The notes beneath the pieces were generated by a model that had not been told where the DNA came from, did no database searches, and worked only from the letters and a program-made list of their open reading frames with translations. A stretch of DNA of 21,141 nucleotides from an uncultured Janthinobacterium sp. (GTDB lineage: Bacteria; Vulcanimicrobiota; Vulcanimicrobiia; Vulcanimicrobiales; Vulcanimicrobiaceae): contig CAZZXB010000044.1 in assembly GCA_964658025.1 (NCBI GenBank), positions 1-21,141 of the forward strand. Reading direction: 5' to 3'. How positions within the stretch are numbered: position 1 is the first letter of the stretch; every line of letters begins with the position of its first letter. Of this stretch, positions 1 through 10,657 are shown one piece after another. The position numbers and the translations under genes were made by a program.

Positions 1-1
1 C

Positions 2-226
2 GTCGTCGCGTCGATCGACGACGACGAGCCGGCCGTCGTGAAGGCGCTCGCCGCCCGACGGATACTCCCGGGTTTTCGCGCGGTCGTGACCGCGGTCGGG
101 CGCGACGGCGTCGTCCGCGTCCGCGACGCGGCGAGCGGTAAGACGCTCGCACTCGCCGCCGCGCTCGCCGCACGCGTCCGGTGTGCGATACGCCCCGCCG
201 CGCTCGCGGAGACGCCGTCGTGCTGA
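2..226 (+). CDS. 5'-truncated CDS; FeoA/SH3-like C-terminal domain, probably of a DtxR/MntR-family metal-dependent regulator
   Basis: The frame is open from position 2 (VVASIDDDEPAVVKALAARRILPGFRAVVTAVGRDGVVRV...LAAALAARVRC). The pattern 'V..I.D.dp..l..L...gI.PG..v.V' resembles FeoA domains. Its stop (TGA 224-226) overlaps the GTG of the downstream NRAMP-like gene. The DtxR assignment is inferred from context. Confidence 0.6.
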   Translation, partial: VVASIDDDEPAVVKALAARRILPGFRAVVTAVGRDGVVRVRDAASGKTLALAAALAARVRCAIRPAALAETPSC

Positions 227-1557
227 ACGTCGCGGGCGAAGCGTCGCGCGAGAAAGCCCTCCGCGAGCGCGATCGTGCGAAGGTTCTCGCGGCGCGCTCC
301 GCTCGCCGACCGCTCGGCCTGATGCTGCTCTTGGCGGGTCCGGGGATTCTCGTCATGATCGGCGAGAACGACGGGCCGAGCATGTTGTCGTACGCGGCGA
401 CGGGCGCGCGTTACGGCATCGGGTTTTTCGTCCCGTTCATCCTGCTCACGTTTCTCATGGCGTACGTCGTCCAGGAGATGACGGTGCGCGTCGGCATCGC
501 GACGGGTCGCGGACACGCGGAACTCATCGACGACCGCTTCGGACCGCTCTGGGGCCGCTTCTCGCTCGTCGATCTCTTCGTGGGGAATCTGCTCACGCTC
601 GTCGCCGAGTTCGTCGCGATCCGCGCGGGCGCGGCGTATTTCGGCATCGCGCCCGATATCGCGGTCGGCGGCGCGGCGGCGCTCGTCATCGCCGCCTACG
701 CGACGCGACGCTACGCGAGCTGGGAGCGGCTCCTCATCGCGCTCGCCGTCGGAAATCTGTTTTTCGTCCCGGCGGCGTTGCTCGCGCATCCCGATCCGGG
801 CGCGATCGCGCGCGCGATCGGCACGTGGGGTCCGCTTCCGGGCGGCGCGAACGCGGCGTTTCTCACGCTCGTCCTCGCCAACGTCGGCGCGACCGTGACG
901 CCGTGGATGATCTTCTTCCAACAGAGCGCCGTCGTCGATAAGGGTCTCACGCGCGCGGACGTCAAGCAGGGTCGACTCGATACGGCGCTCGGCGCGATCC
1001 TCGCGGCGGTCGTCGCGATCGCGACCGTCGTCGCCGCGTCCCCGCTCTTCGTCCATCACGTCGACGCGTCGTCGCTCGCGAGCGGTGCGGATTTCGCGAC
1101 GGCGCTACGGCCGTACATCGGCGGCACGGGCGCGGCGTTCTTCGCGCTCGGAATGGTCGAGGCGGGGATCGTCGCGGCCGCCACGATCGCGACGAGTTCC
1201 GCGTACGCCGTCGGCGAGATCGCACGCAGCGAGAAGAGTCTCAACGCCGGCTTCGCCCGCGCGGCGAAATTCTACGGAACGAGCGCCGTGTCGATCCTCG
1301 TCGCTGCGGGCGTCGTGTTGATCCCGGGCGCCCCCCTGCTCGCGATCACGATCACGGTCAACGTCATCGCGACGCTCCTGATGGCGCCGTCGCTCCTCCT
1401 GTTGCTGTTACTCTCGAGCGATCGTGAGATCATGGGCGATCTCGTAAACTCGGTTCGCGCGAACGTCGTCGCCGGAACGGTCGCGGTGACGATCGCCTCG
1501 CTCGGATCGCTCTACGGCGTCATCACGGTCGTGCAACTCTTCGGAGGATGGAAATGA
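220..1557 (+). CDS. NRAMP/MntH-related divalent metal cation transporter (about 445 aa)
   Basis: About 11 hydrophobic segments. Motifs GPGILVMIGENDGPSMLSYAATGARYG, VQEMTVRVGIATGRGHAELI and GATVTPWMIFFQQSAVVDKG are typical of the NRAMP-related subfamily. The start was placed at GTG 220 (GGAG at 208-211, overlapping the upstream stop) rather than at 181. Confidence 0.9.
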   Translation: MLNVAGEASREKALRERDRAKVLAARSARRPLGLMLLLAGPGILVMIGENDGPSMLSYAATGARYGIGFFVPFILLTFLMAYVVQEMTVRVGIATGRGHAELIDDRFGPLWGRFSLVDLFVGNLLTLVAEFVAIRAGAAYFGIAPDIAVGGAAALVIAAYATRRYASWERLLIALAVGNLFFVPAALLAHPDPGAIARAIGTWGPLPGGANAAFLTLVLANVGATVTPWMIFFQQSAVVDKGLTRADVKQGRLDTALGAILAAVVAIATVVAASPLFVHHVDASSLASGADFATALRPYIGGTGAAFFALGMVEAGIVAAATIATSSAYAVGEIARSEKSLNAGFARAAKFYGTSAVSILVAAGVVLIPGAPLLAITITVNVIATLLMAPSLLLLLLLSSDREIMGDLVNSVRANVVAGTVAVTIASLGSLYGVITVVQLFGGWK

Positions 1558-1688
1558 TCGCCCGCGATCGTCTGCCGCGTCGCGAACTCGGTCGCGGATT
1601 GCGTACCTTACTCGTCGCGCTCGCGATCTACGTCGCGCTGGCGGTCCCCGTCGTCATCGCGACCTTCGTGCGCGTCCTGCACGGGTGA
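1554..1688 (+). CDS. Small single-TM membrane protein (44 aa), not in the ORF track
   Basis: ATG 1554 overlaps the transporter stop (ATGA) and has GGAGG at 1543-1547. Translation is MIARDRLPRRELGRGLRTLLVALAIYVALAVPVVIATFVRVLHG: a basic N-terminus plus one hydrophobic helix. Confidence 0.7.
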   Translation: MIARDRLPRRELGRGLRTLLVALAIYVALAVPVVIATFVRVLHG

Positions 1689-1730
1689 TCGCGACGGCTC
1701 GGCCGCGACGCGAAACGGGAGCGCTCGAAG

Positions 1731-3911
1731 TCACGAGCGCTTGAACACGATCGTCGCGAGCGGCGGGAGCGTGATGTTGAGCGAGTACGGTTTGCCGTCG
1801 ATGCCGTAGCTCTCGGCGTGCACCGTTCCGTTCACGACGCCGCTTCCGCCGTAGCGAACGTCGTCCGTGTTGATCGCTTCCGTATACGATCCGCCTTCGG
1901 GGACGCCGAAGCGATAGTTGTAGTGGACGACGGGCGTGAAGTTCGTGATCGCGACCGCGACGTCGCCCGGTTCGCGCCCGCGCCGGACGAACGCGATCAC
2001 CGTCGCATCCTTGTCTGAGCGGATGAAATCGAGCCCCTGCGGCTCGGAATCCATTTGGTGCAGGGCCGTGAGTCCGCGGTACGTCCGGTTGAGATCGCCG
2101 ACGAGACGCTGGATCCCGACGTGACGCGCATCGTCGAGCACGTGCCAGTCGAGGCTGCGGTCGTGATTCCACTCGCGCCACTGCGCGAATTCGCCGCCCA
2201 TGAAGATCAGCTTCTTGCCCGGATGGGCGAACATGTAGCCGAAATACGCGCGCAGGTTCGCGAACCGCTGCCAATCGTCGCCCGGCATCTTGCCGATGAG
2301 CGAGCCCTTCCCGTAGACGATCTCGTCGTGCGAGAGCGGTAAGACGAAATTCTCGCTGAACGCGTACATGAAGCTGAACGTCATCTTGTCTTGGTCGTAC
2401 GTGCGGTAGAGCGGGTCGGCGTGCATGAAGTCGAGCGTGTCGTGCATCCACCCCATGTTCCACTTGTAGCCGAAGCCGAGTCCGCCGTATTCGACGGGCA
2501 TCGAGACCTTCGGCCAGTCCGACGACTCCTCGGCCATCGTGATCGCGCCGAGCCCCTCGCCGTAGAGCGCCTCGTTCGTCCGCTGGAGGAATCGGATCGC
2601 GCCGAGATTCTCGCGGCCGCCGTAGATATTGGGAATCCACTCGTCGGCCTTGCGGCTGAAATCGAGATAGAGCATCGAGGCGACGGCGTCGACGCGCAGA
2701 CCGTCGATGTGATACTTCTCGATCCAGAACACCGCGTTCGCGATCAAGTAATTCACGACTTCGTTGCGATCGAAGTTGAAGATCAGCGTGTTCCAGTCGG
2801 GCTGAAACCCCTGACGGGGATCGGCGTGCTCGTAGAGATGCGAGCCGTCGAAATTTCCGAGCCCGTGCGCGTCGGTCGGAAAATGCCCCGGAACCCAATC
2901 GAGAAACACGCCGAGCCCCGCCTCGTGCGCGCGATCGACGAAGGTCGCGAACTCCGCGGGCGTTCCGAAGCGGCTCGTCGGCGCGTACATCCCGATCGTC
3001 TGATATCCCCACGAACCGTCGAAGGGGTGTTCGGCGACGGGCATGAGCTCGAGATGCGTGAAGCCGAGCGAGACCGCGTACGGAATGAGATCGTCCGCGA
3101 GTTCGGCGTACGTGAGATAGCGATTGCCGTCGGCGCGTTTCCACGACCCGAGATGGACCTCGTAGATCGAGATCGGGGCGTCGCGGCGCTGCGCCGCATC
3201 GCGCGCGGCGAGCCAGGCGTCGTCGTGCCACGCGATGTCGGCGGCCGTCGCGACGACGGACGCCGTCGCCGGCGGGCGTTCGGCCGAGAACCCGAACGGA
3301 TCCGCGCGTAGCGGTAAGAGACCGCCCCACGCGTCGAGGAGTTCGTACTTATAGGTCGCGCCTTCGGCGACGCCCGGAACGAAGATCTCCCAGATCCCCG
3401 ACGCCCCGCGCGCGCGCATGACGTGTCGTCGTCCGTCCCAATCGTTGAAGCTCCCGACGACCGAGACGCGCTTCGCGTTCGGCGCCCAGACCGCGAACGA
3501 CGTCCCCTCCACGCCCTCCATCGCGATCCGATGCGCGCCGAGCTTTTCGTAAAGCCGCAGATGTCGGCCCTCGCCGATGAGATAGACGTCCATCTCGCCG
3601 AGCACGGGACCGAAACGATACGGATCCTCGACGTCGTACGTGCGATCGCCGAGCGTCACGCGCAAGCGATACGGCACGGGACGCGCGCACGCGCCGACCG
3701 TCCCTTCGAAGAATCCGTCGGGATGCACGAGCGCGAGCGTCGCGAGCGTCTTGCCGGTTTTCGCGTCGATCGCCTCGACGGCCGAGGCGTGCGGTGCGAA
3801 CGTGCGGATCGCGCAACCGCCCGTTTCGGGATCCGCGTGCATCCCGAGGATGGAGAACGGGTCGCCGTGATCGCCGCGGACGATCGCCGCGATCGCGTCA
3901 GGATGCGACAT
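1731..3911 (-). CDS. glgB: 1,4-alpha-glucan branching enzyme GlgB
   Basis: 726 aa. Motifs [59 protein letters not shown] and LPLSHDE. GGAG lies upstream of the ATG, and the gene overlaps the treS end by 14 nt. Confidence 0.98.
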   Translation of the reverse strand: MSHPDAIAAIVRGDHGDPFSILGMHADPETGGCAIRTFAPHASAVEAIDAKTGKTLATLALVHPDGFFEGTVGACARPVPYRLRVTLGDRTYDVEDPYRFGPVLGEMDVYLIGEGRHLRLYEKLGAHRIAMEGVEGTSFAVWAPNAKRVSVVGSFNDWDGRRHVMRARGASGIWEIFVPGVAEGATYKYELLDAWGGLLPLRADPFGFSAERPPATASVVATAADIAWHDDAWLAARDAAQRRDAPISIYEVHLGSWKRADGNRYLTYAELADDLIPYAVSLGFTHLELMPVAEHPFDGSWGYQTIGMYAPTSRFGTPAEFATFVDRAHEAGLGVFLDWVPGHFPTDAHGLGNFDGSHLYEHADPRQGFQPDWNTLIFNFDRNEVVNYLIANAVFWIEKYHIDGLRVDAVASMLYLDFSRKADEWIPNIYGGRENLGAIRFLQRTNEALYGEGLGAITMAEESSDWPKVSMPVEYGGLGFGYKWNMGWMHDTLDFMHADPLYRTYDQDKMTFSFMYAFSENFVLPLSHDEIVYGKGSLIGKMPGDDWQRFANLRAYFGYMFAHPGKKLIFMGGEFAQWREWNHDRSLDWHVLDDARHVGIQRLVGDLNRTYRGLTALHQMDSEPQGLDFIRSDKDATVIAFVRRGREPGDVAVAITNFTPVVHYNYRFGVPEGGSYTEAINTDDVRYGGSGVVNGTVHAESYGIDGKPYSLNITLPPLATIVFKRS

Positions 3912-6900
3912 GCGCGGTCTCCAATCCGAGAATGCCGCGAATTCCCTCGATCGGGATCCGCACCCACGACGGGCGGTTCGCGAGTTCGTACGACATTTCG
4001 TAAAACGCTTTCTCGAGAACGAAGAGTTCGAGGAGTCGCTTCGCGAGCTCGGGATCCTCGGGATACGACGACGTCCCGGCGATCGTCTCGCGGTAGCCCT
4101 TCATGAAGGCGCCGACGCTGCGGCGTTCCCAATCCTGGGCGGTCGGTTCGAGCGCCGTCGTGTTCTCCGCGCGATCCGCGTTCACGCCGCGCATCCCCGC
4201 GACCGCGGCGTAATTGATCGAGCGCAACATCCCGGCGACGTCGCGGAGCGGCGACGATTTCGTGCGTCGTTCCGCGAGCGGTCGACCCGGTTCGCCTTCG
4301 AAATCGACGATGACGAAGTCGTCGACGAGCGTGAGCACCTGCCCGAGATGAAAATCGCCGTGATAGCGCGTCTTCTCGAGCAGCGTCTCGCCGAGCGGCG
4401 GGAGATCGAGACGCGCGAACACCTCGTCGCGACGCGTCAGCAAGTCGTTCGCAAATTCGCGCAGGTCCGCGGGGACGCGGCCGATCTCGCGTTCGAGCGT
4501 GTCGAGCGCCTTCTTCGCGCTCGCGCGAGCCTGATCGGTCCACGCCGCGGTATCGAGCATCGTCACGCGCTCGGGCTCGAACGCGTCGTCGCCCGTGCGC
4601 GTGGCGAACGCGCGATGCATCTCCGCGGTGCGCACCCCGAGGCGTTCCATGCGCGCGCTGAAGAGTTCGTGCGGATCCTCCTCGCGCGGCGGTTCTTCGC
4701 CCGGAACGACGTCTAGCGCGACGGGTTGCGGGGCGGCGATCGTCGGGAGATGCGTCCCCATCGCGCGGCGCCGGTCGAAGAAGCGATCGAGATAGGAGAG
4801 CGTCGTCGACCAACCGTCGCCCTGGCTCTCGACGAACTGTTGGAGGATCGCGAGCGCGGTCGCGTTGCCTTCGGCATCGACGTGTTCCACGAAACCGTAG
4901 AGCGCGGGCGTGTTGCGATATCCGACCCGGTCGAGAAAGCGCGCGACCTCGAGTTCGGGCTGAGGCCCCGCGTGCACTTTGCGATACCCCTTGAGCACGA
5001 GTTTTTCGTCGACGACGATCGAGGTGTTGCTCTGCTCGACTTCGAGCCGTCGCACGCGCGGTCGCTCGGAGAGTTCGAGCGCTTCGAATGCGGCCGTGTG
5101 TTCGGCGCGGAAGGTGCCGCCGCGCGTCGTCGTCAGCGCACGACCGGTGCGGATCTCGTCGACGACCGCGATCGCGAACGCGTCGATTGCGAAGGCGTCG
5201 TAGAGATATCCGCTGTGCGCGCCCGCACGCGTGCGGGCGAGCGTCGCGCGAACGAGCGCGCCCGAACGATCTTCGGTCTCCGGACCGCGCGCGAGCGGGA
5301 GGAAGTAACGGTTGATCGCATCGACGATCGTGAGCGACGAGACGACGCCCGAACCGCTCGTGCCGCCGATGCCGACGGTGTCGACGATCGTCGCTTGCTC
5401 GAGGGGCACGTTCTTGTCCGCGAACCAACGCTGTTTGGGCAGGAACGACGGAAAGACGTCGCGTTCGAGTAACGCGAGCGCCTTGCCGCCGAGCGCGGTC
5501 CCCGACGTGGACGTCGGCAACACGATCGTCGTGAGCTCGGGCATGAGATTCGGCGGGTCGACGGTCGTCGGCGCCTGCGCGTTCTCCGAGAGGAGGAACC
5601 AGTAGAAGTCGTGACCGGGGAGCGTCAACATGTACCGGTCGTCGCCGATCGGCGCGAACGCGCTCCAGCCGATCATTTCGACCGGCACGCGCCCCTTATA
5701 GGCCGAGAGATCGAGCGCGACTTGCTGCGCCGAACGCGCGAGGTTCGCGACGCAGAGGACGATGTCGCCCTCGTGTTCGCGGACGTACGCGATCACCTTG
5801 CGGTTCGTGGGTTGCAAGAACGTGAGCGTTCCGCGCCCGAACGCCTTGTACGCCTGACGCGTCGCGACGAGTTTGCGCAACCAGTTCGTCATCGACGACG
5901 GGCTGCGGCCCTGAGATTCCACGTTGACCGTCTGATAGCCGTAGACCGGATCTTGGATCGGCGGTAGGAAGAGCCGCGCGGGATCGGCACGCGAGAAGCC
6001 GCCGTTGCGATCGATCGACCACTGCATCGGCGTGCGGACGCCGTCGCGATCGTTGAGGTAGACGTTGTCGCCCATCCCGATCTCGTCGCCGTAATAGATG
6101 ATCGGCGTGCCCGGCATCGAGAGCAGTAATCCCGTGAGCAACTCGATCCGGCGACGATCGTTCTCCATGAGCGGCGCGAGGCGGCGCCGGATGCCGACGT
6201 TGATGCGCGCGCGCGGTTCGGTCGCGTAGATGCGATACATGTTGTCGCGCTCGCGATCGGTCACCATCTCGAGCGTCATCTCGTCGTGGTTGCGCAGGAA
6301 GATCGCCCACTGGCACGAGTCCGGGATGTCGGGCGTCTGACGCATGATGTCGACGATCGGATAACGGTCTTCTTCGGCGATCGCCATGAACATGCGCGGC
6401 ATGAGCGGGAAGTGGAACGCCATGTGACACTCGTCGCCGTCGCCGAAATATTGGCGGACGTCTTCGGGCCACTGGTTCGCTTCGGCGAGGAAGACGCGAT
6501 CTTCGTATTCGGAGTCGAGGACCGCGCGCAAGATCTTCAGCACGCCGTGCGTCTCGGGGAGGTTCTCGCAGGTCGTGCCCTCGCGCTCGCACAGATACGG
6601 CACGGCGTCGAGCCGCAGGCCGTCGACGCCGAGATCGAGCCAGAAGCGCATCACGTTGAGGACCGCTTCGATCACGCGCGGATTGTCGTAATTGAGATCG
6701 GGCTGATGCGAGAAGAAGCGGTGCCAGTAATATTGGCCGGCGACCGGATCCCACGTCCAGTTCGACGTCTCCGTATCGGTGAAGATGATGCGCGTGTCGG
6801 CGTATTTCTTGTCGTCGTCGCTCCAGACGTAGAAATCGCGCCATACCGAACCGCGCTTCGCCGAGCGCGCGCGCTTGAACCACGGATGCTGGTCGGAGGT

Positions 6901-7218
6901 GTGGTTGACGACGAGTTCGATGAGGACGCGGATCCCGCGATCGTGCGCGGCCTTCACGAAGGTGCGGAAGTCGTGCACGGTTCCGAACGCCGGGTTGACG
7001 TTGCGGTAATCCGCGATGTCGTAGCCGTCGTCGCGCATCGGCGACGGAAAGAACGGCAAGAGCCACACGCACGTCGCGCCGAGATTCTTGATGTAGTCGA
7101 GCTTTTCGGTGAGACCGCGAAAATCGCCGATCCCGTCGTCGTTCGCATCGTAGAACGCCTTCACGTGAACCTGATAGATCACGGCGTCCTTGAACCAGAA
7201 CTTGTCCTTATCGATCAC
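3898..7218 (-). CDS. treS: Trehalose synthase TreS fused to C-terminal maltokinase (Pep2/Mak)
   Basis: 1106 aa. N-terminal GH13 TreS motifs [47 protein letters not shown] and FLRNHDE. C-terminal maltokinase motifs [33 protein letters not shown] and [14 protein letters not shown] precedes the GTG start. Confidence 0.97.
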   Translation of the reverse strand: MIDKDKFWFKDAVIYQVHVKAFYDANDDGIGDFRGLTEKLDYIKNLGATCVWLLPFFPSPMRDDGYDIADYRNVNPAFGTVHDFRTFVKAAHDRGIRVLIELVVNHTSDQHPWFKRARSAKRGSVWRDFYVWSDDDKKYADTRIIFTDTETSNWTWDPVAGQYYWHRFFSHQPDLNYDNPRVIEAVLNVMRFWLDLGVDGLRLDAVPYLCEREGTTCENLPETHGVLKILRAVLDSEYEDRVFLAEANQWPEDVRQYFGDGDECHMAFHFPLMPRMFMAIAEEDRYPIVDIMRQTPDIPDSCQWAIFLRNHDEMTLEMVTDRERDNMYRIYATEPRARINVGIRRRLAPLMENDRRRIELLTGLLLSMPGTPIIYYGDEIGMGDNVYLNDRDGVRTPMQWSIDRNGGFSRADPARLFLPPIQDPVYGYQTVNVESQGRSPSSMTNWLRKLVATRQAYKAFGRGTLTFLQPTNRKVIAYVREHEGDIVLCVANLARSAQQVALDLSAYKGRVPVEMIGWSAFAPIGDDRYMLTLPGHDFYWFLLSENAQAPTTVDPPNLMPELTTIVLPTSTSGTALGGKALALLERDVFPSFLPKQRWFADKNVPLEQATIVDTVGIGGTSGSGVVSSLTIVDAINRYFLPLARGPETEDRSGALVRATLARTRAGAHSGYLYDAFAIDAFAIAVVDEIRTGRALTTTRGGTFRAEHTAAFEALELSERPRVRRLEVEQSNTSIVVDEKLVLKGYRKVHAGPQPELEVARFLDRVGYRNTPALYGFVEHVDAEGNATALAILQQFVESQGDGWSTTLSYLDRFFDRRRAMGTHLPTIAAPQPVALDVVPGEEPPREEDPHELFSARMERLGVRTAEMHRAFATRTGDDAFEPERVTMLDTAAWTDQARASAKKALDTLEREIGRVPADLREFANDLLTRRDEVFARLDLPPLGETLLEKTRYHGDFHLGQVLTLVDDFVIVDFEGEPGRPLAERRTKSSPLRDVAGMLRSINYAAVAGMRGVNADRAENTTALEPTAQDWERRSVGAFMKGYRETIAGTSSYPEDPELAKRLLELFVLEKAFYEMSYELANRPSWVRIPIEGIRGILGLETAHVAS

Positions 7219-7236
7219 GAGCTTCCTTATGCGCGG

Positions 7237-10200
7237 TCATGCGGTCGCGGGGCGTTCGGGGAGCGTCAGGCGGAAGATCGTCGCCGGATTGACGTTCGGG
7301 TCGAGCCGAACGCCGTGCGGCGAACCGCGCCAGCGTTCCTGCGGCGTGCCGCGCAGCAATTCTTCGACGCCGAACGATTCGTCGTCGGCCAGGCCGTAGT
7401 CGCCCGTCGGAAACCAGAGCGTCGTCTCCCGCACGGCGAACGGATCGAGATTCACGGCGACGAGGATGACGTTCGTTCCCGTTCGCTTGCCGTAGAAGAG
7501 CACGGCGTCGTCGTCGGCGCGATAGAACGTCAGATTCTTCCAATCGTGGAGCGCGTCGTTCTCGCGCCTGATCCGATTGATCTTCGCGATCTCGGCCTTG
7601 ATGTTCCCGGGCGCGTCGTAGTCGCGCACGCGAATTTCGTACTTCTCGGAATCGAGATACTCTTCGCGTCCGGGGAGCGCGGCGTTCTCGCAGAGCTCGT
7701 AGCCGCTGTAGATGCCGTAGAGGCTCGAGAGCGTCGCCGCGAGCGCGAGCCGGATGCGGAAGGCCGGCCGCCCGCCCGTCTGGAGATACGGCGGTAAGAT
7801 GTCGGGCGTGTTCGCGAAGAAGTTCGGCCGGAAAAAATCGGAGACGTCGGGATCGACGATCTCGGTGAGATATGCCGTGAGTTCGGTCTTCGTATTGCGC
7901 CACGTGAAGTACGTGTAGTTCTGCGAGAAGCCGCCCTTCGCGAGTTCGTAGGCGACCTTCGGACGCGTGAACGCCTCGGCGAGGAAGATCGTCTCGGGAT
8001 GGCGCGAGCGGACGTCCGCGATCATCCACTCCCAGAAGGCGAACGGTTTCGTGTGCGGGTTGTCGACGCGAAACGTCGTGACGCCGTGGCCGATCCAGAA
8101 CTCGACGACGTCGCGCAACTCGTCCCAGAGCGCCGGCGCGTGCGGACCGAACCAATCGAAGTTGACGATGTCCTGATATTTTTTCGGCGGGTTCTCGGCG
8201 TATTTGATCGTGCCGTCGGGGCGGATCGTGAACCACTCGCGATGCGCCGCGACGTACGGATGGTCGGGCGAACACTGTAAGGCGTAATCGAGCGCCACCT
8301 CGAGTCCGTTGGCGCGCGCCGCGGCGACGAAGGCGTCGAAATCGTCGATCGTGCCGAGCGCGGGCTCGACGCTCGTGTGGCCGCCGTTCTCGTTGCCGAT
8401 CGCCCACGGACTTCCGGGATCGTTCGGACCGACGTCGAGCGTGTTGTTCTTCCCTTTTCGAAACGCGTGGCCGATCGGATGGATCGGCGGAAGGTACACG
8501 ACGTCGAAGCCCATCGCGCGGATGTCGGGCAACCGTTTGGCCGCGTCGGCGAAGGTGCCGTGAACGCCCGGCGTCGTCCCTTGGGAACGCGGGAAGAGCT
8601 CGTACCACGCGGCGAAGGCCGCGGCGCGCCGATCGACGGTCGCGGCGAGCGTCGGCGCGTATCGCGTCGCGAGCGCGCGATCGGGGACGCCGCGCAGGAG
8701 CGCGAGCGTTTCGTCGGCGAGCATCGCCCGCACTCGCGCGTCGTCGGAGGACGCGCCGTCGAGCGCGCGCGCGAGCGCTTCGAGCGACGTCCGCGCCGCG
8801 CCGTCGCTCCGGGCGATCGCGGCGTCGACGAGCGCGCGGCCTTCCCGCACCTCAACCGCGAGCGACGCTCCGGCGTCGCGTTTCTTCTCGGTATCGTGGT
8901 GCCAGGTGCCGTAGAGATCGGGCCACGCCTCGATCGTGTACTCGTACGTCGCGTTGCGGTCCACGCGAAAGCTTCCGGCCCATTCGTCGTTTTCGATCTC
9001 GACGAACGGCGCTTCGCGCCACGCGCCGCCGCGCTCGCGATAGAGGATCGTCGCGTCGATGAGATCGTGGCCGTCGCGAAAGACGTTGGCGGTCACGTCG
9101 ATCGATTCGCCGACGACGCGCTTGATCGGAAAGCGGCCTTCGTCGAGTTGCGGCCGCACGCGCTCGATGCGGACCGGTCGGGCCTCGAGGCGAACGTCGC
9201 GCATCGCGGCCGCTTTGGCTTCCGCGCCCGCCTTTCCGGCCTTTCTCCGCTCCGAACCGTTCGATTTTTCCGACGCGTTCGCGGCCGCCGCGGTTTTGGG
9301 CGCACCCGCGAAGATGCGGATCTCGTGCGGCGCGAGTTCGAGAACGGCCCCGTTGCGCGTGGGAGCGGGCGCGCGTTCCGGCGTCACCTCGCGCGCCCCG
9401 TCGCCGAGCGTTCGCAGCGCGTCGCGGACCGCGAGTCGGGCGGGCTCGGCGCGCGCGTTGACGACGACGACGACGTCGCCGTCCGTCGCACCGCCGTCGC
9501 GAACGAGCACGAGCGGACGACCGGCCGCGGCCTCGCTCGCGACCGCGATCGCGCCTTCCTCGTGAAGCGCCGGAACCTCGGCTTTCATGTCGTTCGTCGC
9601 CGCGACGAACGCGGAGATGTCGAAGCGCGGCGTCTCGTTCCAGTCGCTCGGCGTCGTCGCGACGACGTCGAGCGGTTTCGTGAGTCCGAACTCGTACCCC
9701 ATCGGCATCAATACGCCACTCGAGAACGTCGCGGCGAAGAGATAGCGAAAGCGATACTCGGCGGCGACGTCGACGACCGCGGGATCGAGTTCGCTCGCGA
9801 GCCGCGGCGTGTCGTGACTCTCGGGAAAGGCGATCGTCGGGGCGATGTGGCGCACGCGCTCGTACTGCTCGAGTAACCACGGCGACGAAAAATCCCACCA
9901 CTTCGAGCTGTTGAAGAACGCGTCGAATCCCGCGCCGCGGAGCTTCGCGATCTCCGCGGGCGTGCAGCCGAGCGTTTCGGCCGCGAGGACGGCGTTCGGG
10001 AGCACGGTGCGCACCGCCGCGCCGATCTCGGCCCACGCCGCCGCCGGAACCTTGTAGGCGGCGTCGCACCGGAACCCGCGGATGCCGAGCCGTGCGTAGT
10101 GTACCGCGACGTCGCGGACGTATGCGACGAGCGCCGCGCGTTCGGGGCGGTCCGAATAATCGAGTTCCGCGAGATCGCCCCACACCGTGCGTTTGGTCGG

Positions 10201-10584
10201 ATCGTCCGGATCGACGGCGAAGGGCGCCGCGATCTCTCCGCGTTCGTCGCGCGCGTACCACTCGGGATGTTCGCGGACGAGCGATGCGTCGTTCGCCGTG
10301 TGGTTGACGACGAGATCCATCATCACGCCGAGGCCGCGCGCTTCGGCGTCGCGTGCGAACGATGCGACGATCTCGTCGTCGTCGCGCGCGTCGTCGCCAC
10401 GCAGATCCGGGTTGAGTCGGAAGTAGTCCGCGACGGCGTAGAGGCTACGCGATCCGCCCGTCGCGTGAAACGGATTGACGTAGACCCAATCGAACCGCAT
10501 CGCCGCGATCCGGTCGAGGTGCGCCGTCCACGCCGCGACCGGGCCGGCGAGCGTCGGAAACAAATTGTAGATCCGCAACCCCAT
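7237..10584 (-). CDS. glgE: Alpha-1,4-glucan:maltose-1-phosphate maltosyltransferase GlgE with an extra N-terminal GH13 alpha-amylase-like domain (about 1115 aa)
   Basis: The C-terminal ~650 aa carry GlgE motifs (FRDGHD, AWYELFPRS, PPIHPIG, GSPWAIG, ENPPKKYQDI, FRVDNPHTKP, LAEAF, YTYFTWR, NTPDIL, SEKYEI). The N-terminal ~430 aa are a second GH13 domain. The start was placed at ATG 10584 (MGLRIYNLFP) because the longer ORF-track extension overlaps the divergent gene. Confidence 0.93.
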   Translation of the reverse strand: MGLRIYNLFPTLAGPVAAWTAHLDRIAAMRFDWVYVNPFHATGGSRSLYAVADYFRLNPDLRGDDARDDDEIVASFARDAEARGLGVMMDLVVNHTANDASLVREHPEWYARDERGEIAAPFAVDPDDPTKRTVWGDLAELDYSDRPERAALVAYVRDVAVHYARLGIRGFRCDAAYKVPAAAWAEIGAAVRTVLPNAVLAAETLGCTPAEIAKLRGAGFDAFFNSSKWWDFSSPWLLEQYERVRHIAPTIAFPESHDTPRLASELDPAVVDVAAEYRFRYLFAATFSSGVLMPMGYEFGLTKPLDVVATTPSDWNETPRFDISAFVAATNDMKAEVPALHEEGAIAVASEAAAGRPLVLVRDGGATDGDVVVVVNARAEPARLAVRDALRTLGDGAREVTPERAPAPTRNGAVLELAPHEIRIFAGAPKTAAAANASEKSNGSERRKAGKAGAEAKAAAMRDVRLEARPVRIERVRPQLDEGRFPIKRVVGESIDVTANVFRDGHDLIDATILYRERGGAWREAPFVEIENDEWAGSFRVDRNATYEYTIEAWPDLYGTWHHDTEKKRDAGASLAVEVREGRALVDAAIARSDGAARTSLEALARALDGASSDDARVRAMLADETLALLRGVPDRALATRYAPTLAATVDRRAAAFAAWYELFPRSQGTTPGVHGTFADAAKRLPDIRAMGFDVVYLPPIHPIGHAFRKGKNNTLDVGPNDPGSPWAIGNENGGHTSVEPALGTIDDFDAFVAAARANGLEVALDYALQCSPDHPYVAAHREWFTIRPDGTIKYAENPPKKYQDIVNFDWFGPHAPALWDELRDVVEFWIGHGVTTFRVDNPHTKPFAFWEWMIADVRSRHPETIFLAEAFTRPKVAYELAKGGFSQNYTYFTWRNTKTELTAYLTEIVDPDVSDFFRPNFFANTPDILPPYLQTGGRPAFRIRLALAATLSSLYGIYSGYELCENAALPGREEYLDSEKYEIRVRDYDAPGNIKAEIAKINRIRRENDALHDWKNLTFYRADDDAVLFYGKRTGTNVILVAVNLDPFAVRETTLWFPTGDYGLADDESFGVEELLRGTPQERWRGSPHGVRLDPNVNPATIFRLTLPERPATA

Positions 10585-10594
10585 CCGGTTCGCT

Positions 10595-10600
10595 GTACCC
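10595..10600 (-). promoter_or_regulatory. Putative alternative-sigma (SigB/SigF-like) -10 element GGGTAC for the glgE-treS-glgB operon
   Basis: The minus strand reads GGGTAC-agcgaaccgg-ATG (10-nt spacer) with no SD. The same motif occurs before two other genes in the window. Confidence 0.55.
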
Positions 10601-10651
10601 GTTTCGCGGGTCCGGGCCACGCGCGCCGCCGCGCTCAAACGGCGGCCGTCG

Positions 10652-10657
10652 GGGTAC
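10652..10657 (+). promoter_or_regulatory. Putative alternative-sigma -10 element GGGTAC for the FNT gene
   Basis: GGGTAC-gcaccgcgc-ATG(10667), with a 9-nt spacer and no SD. Confidence 0.55.
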
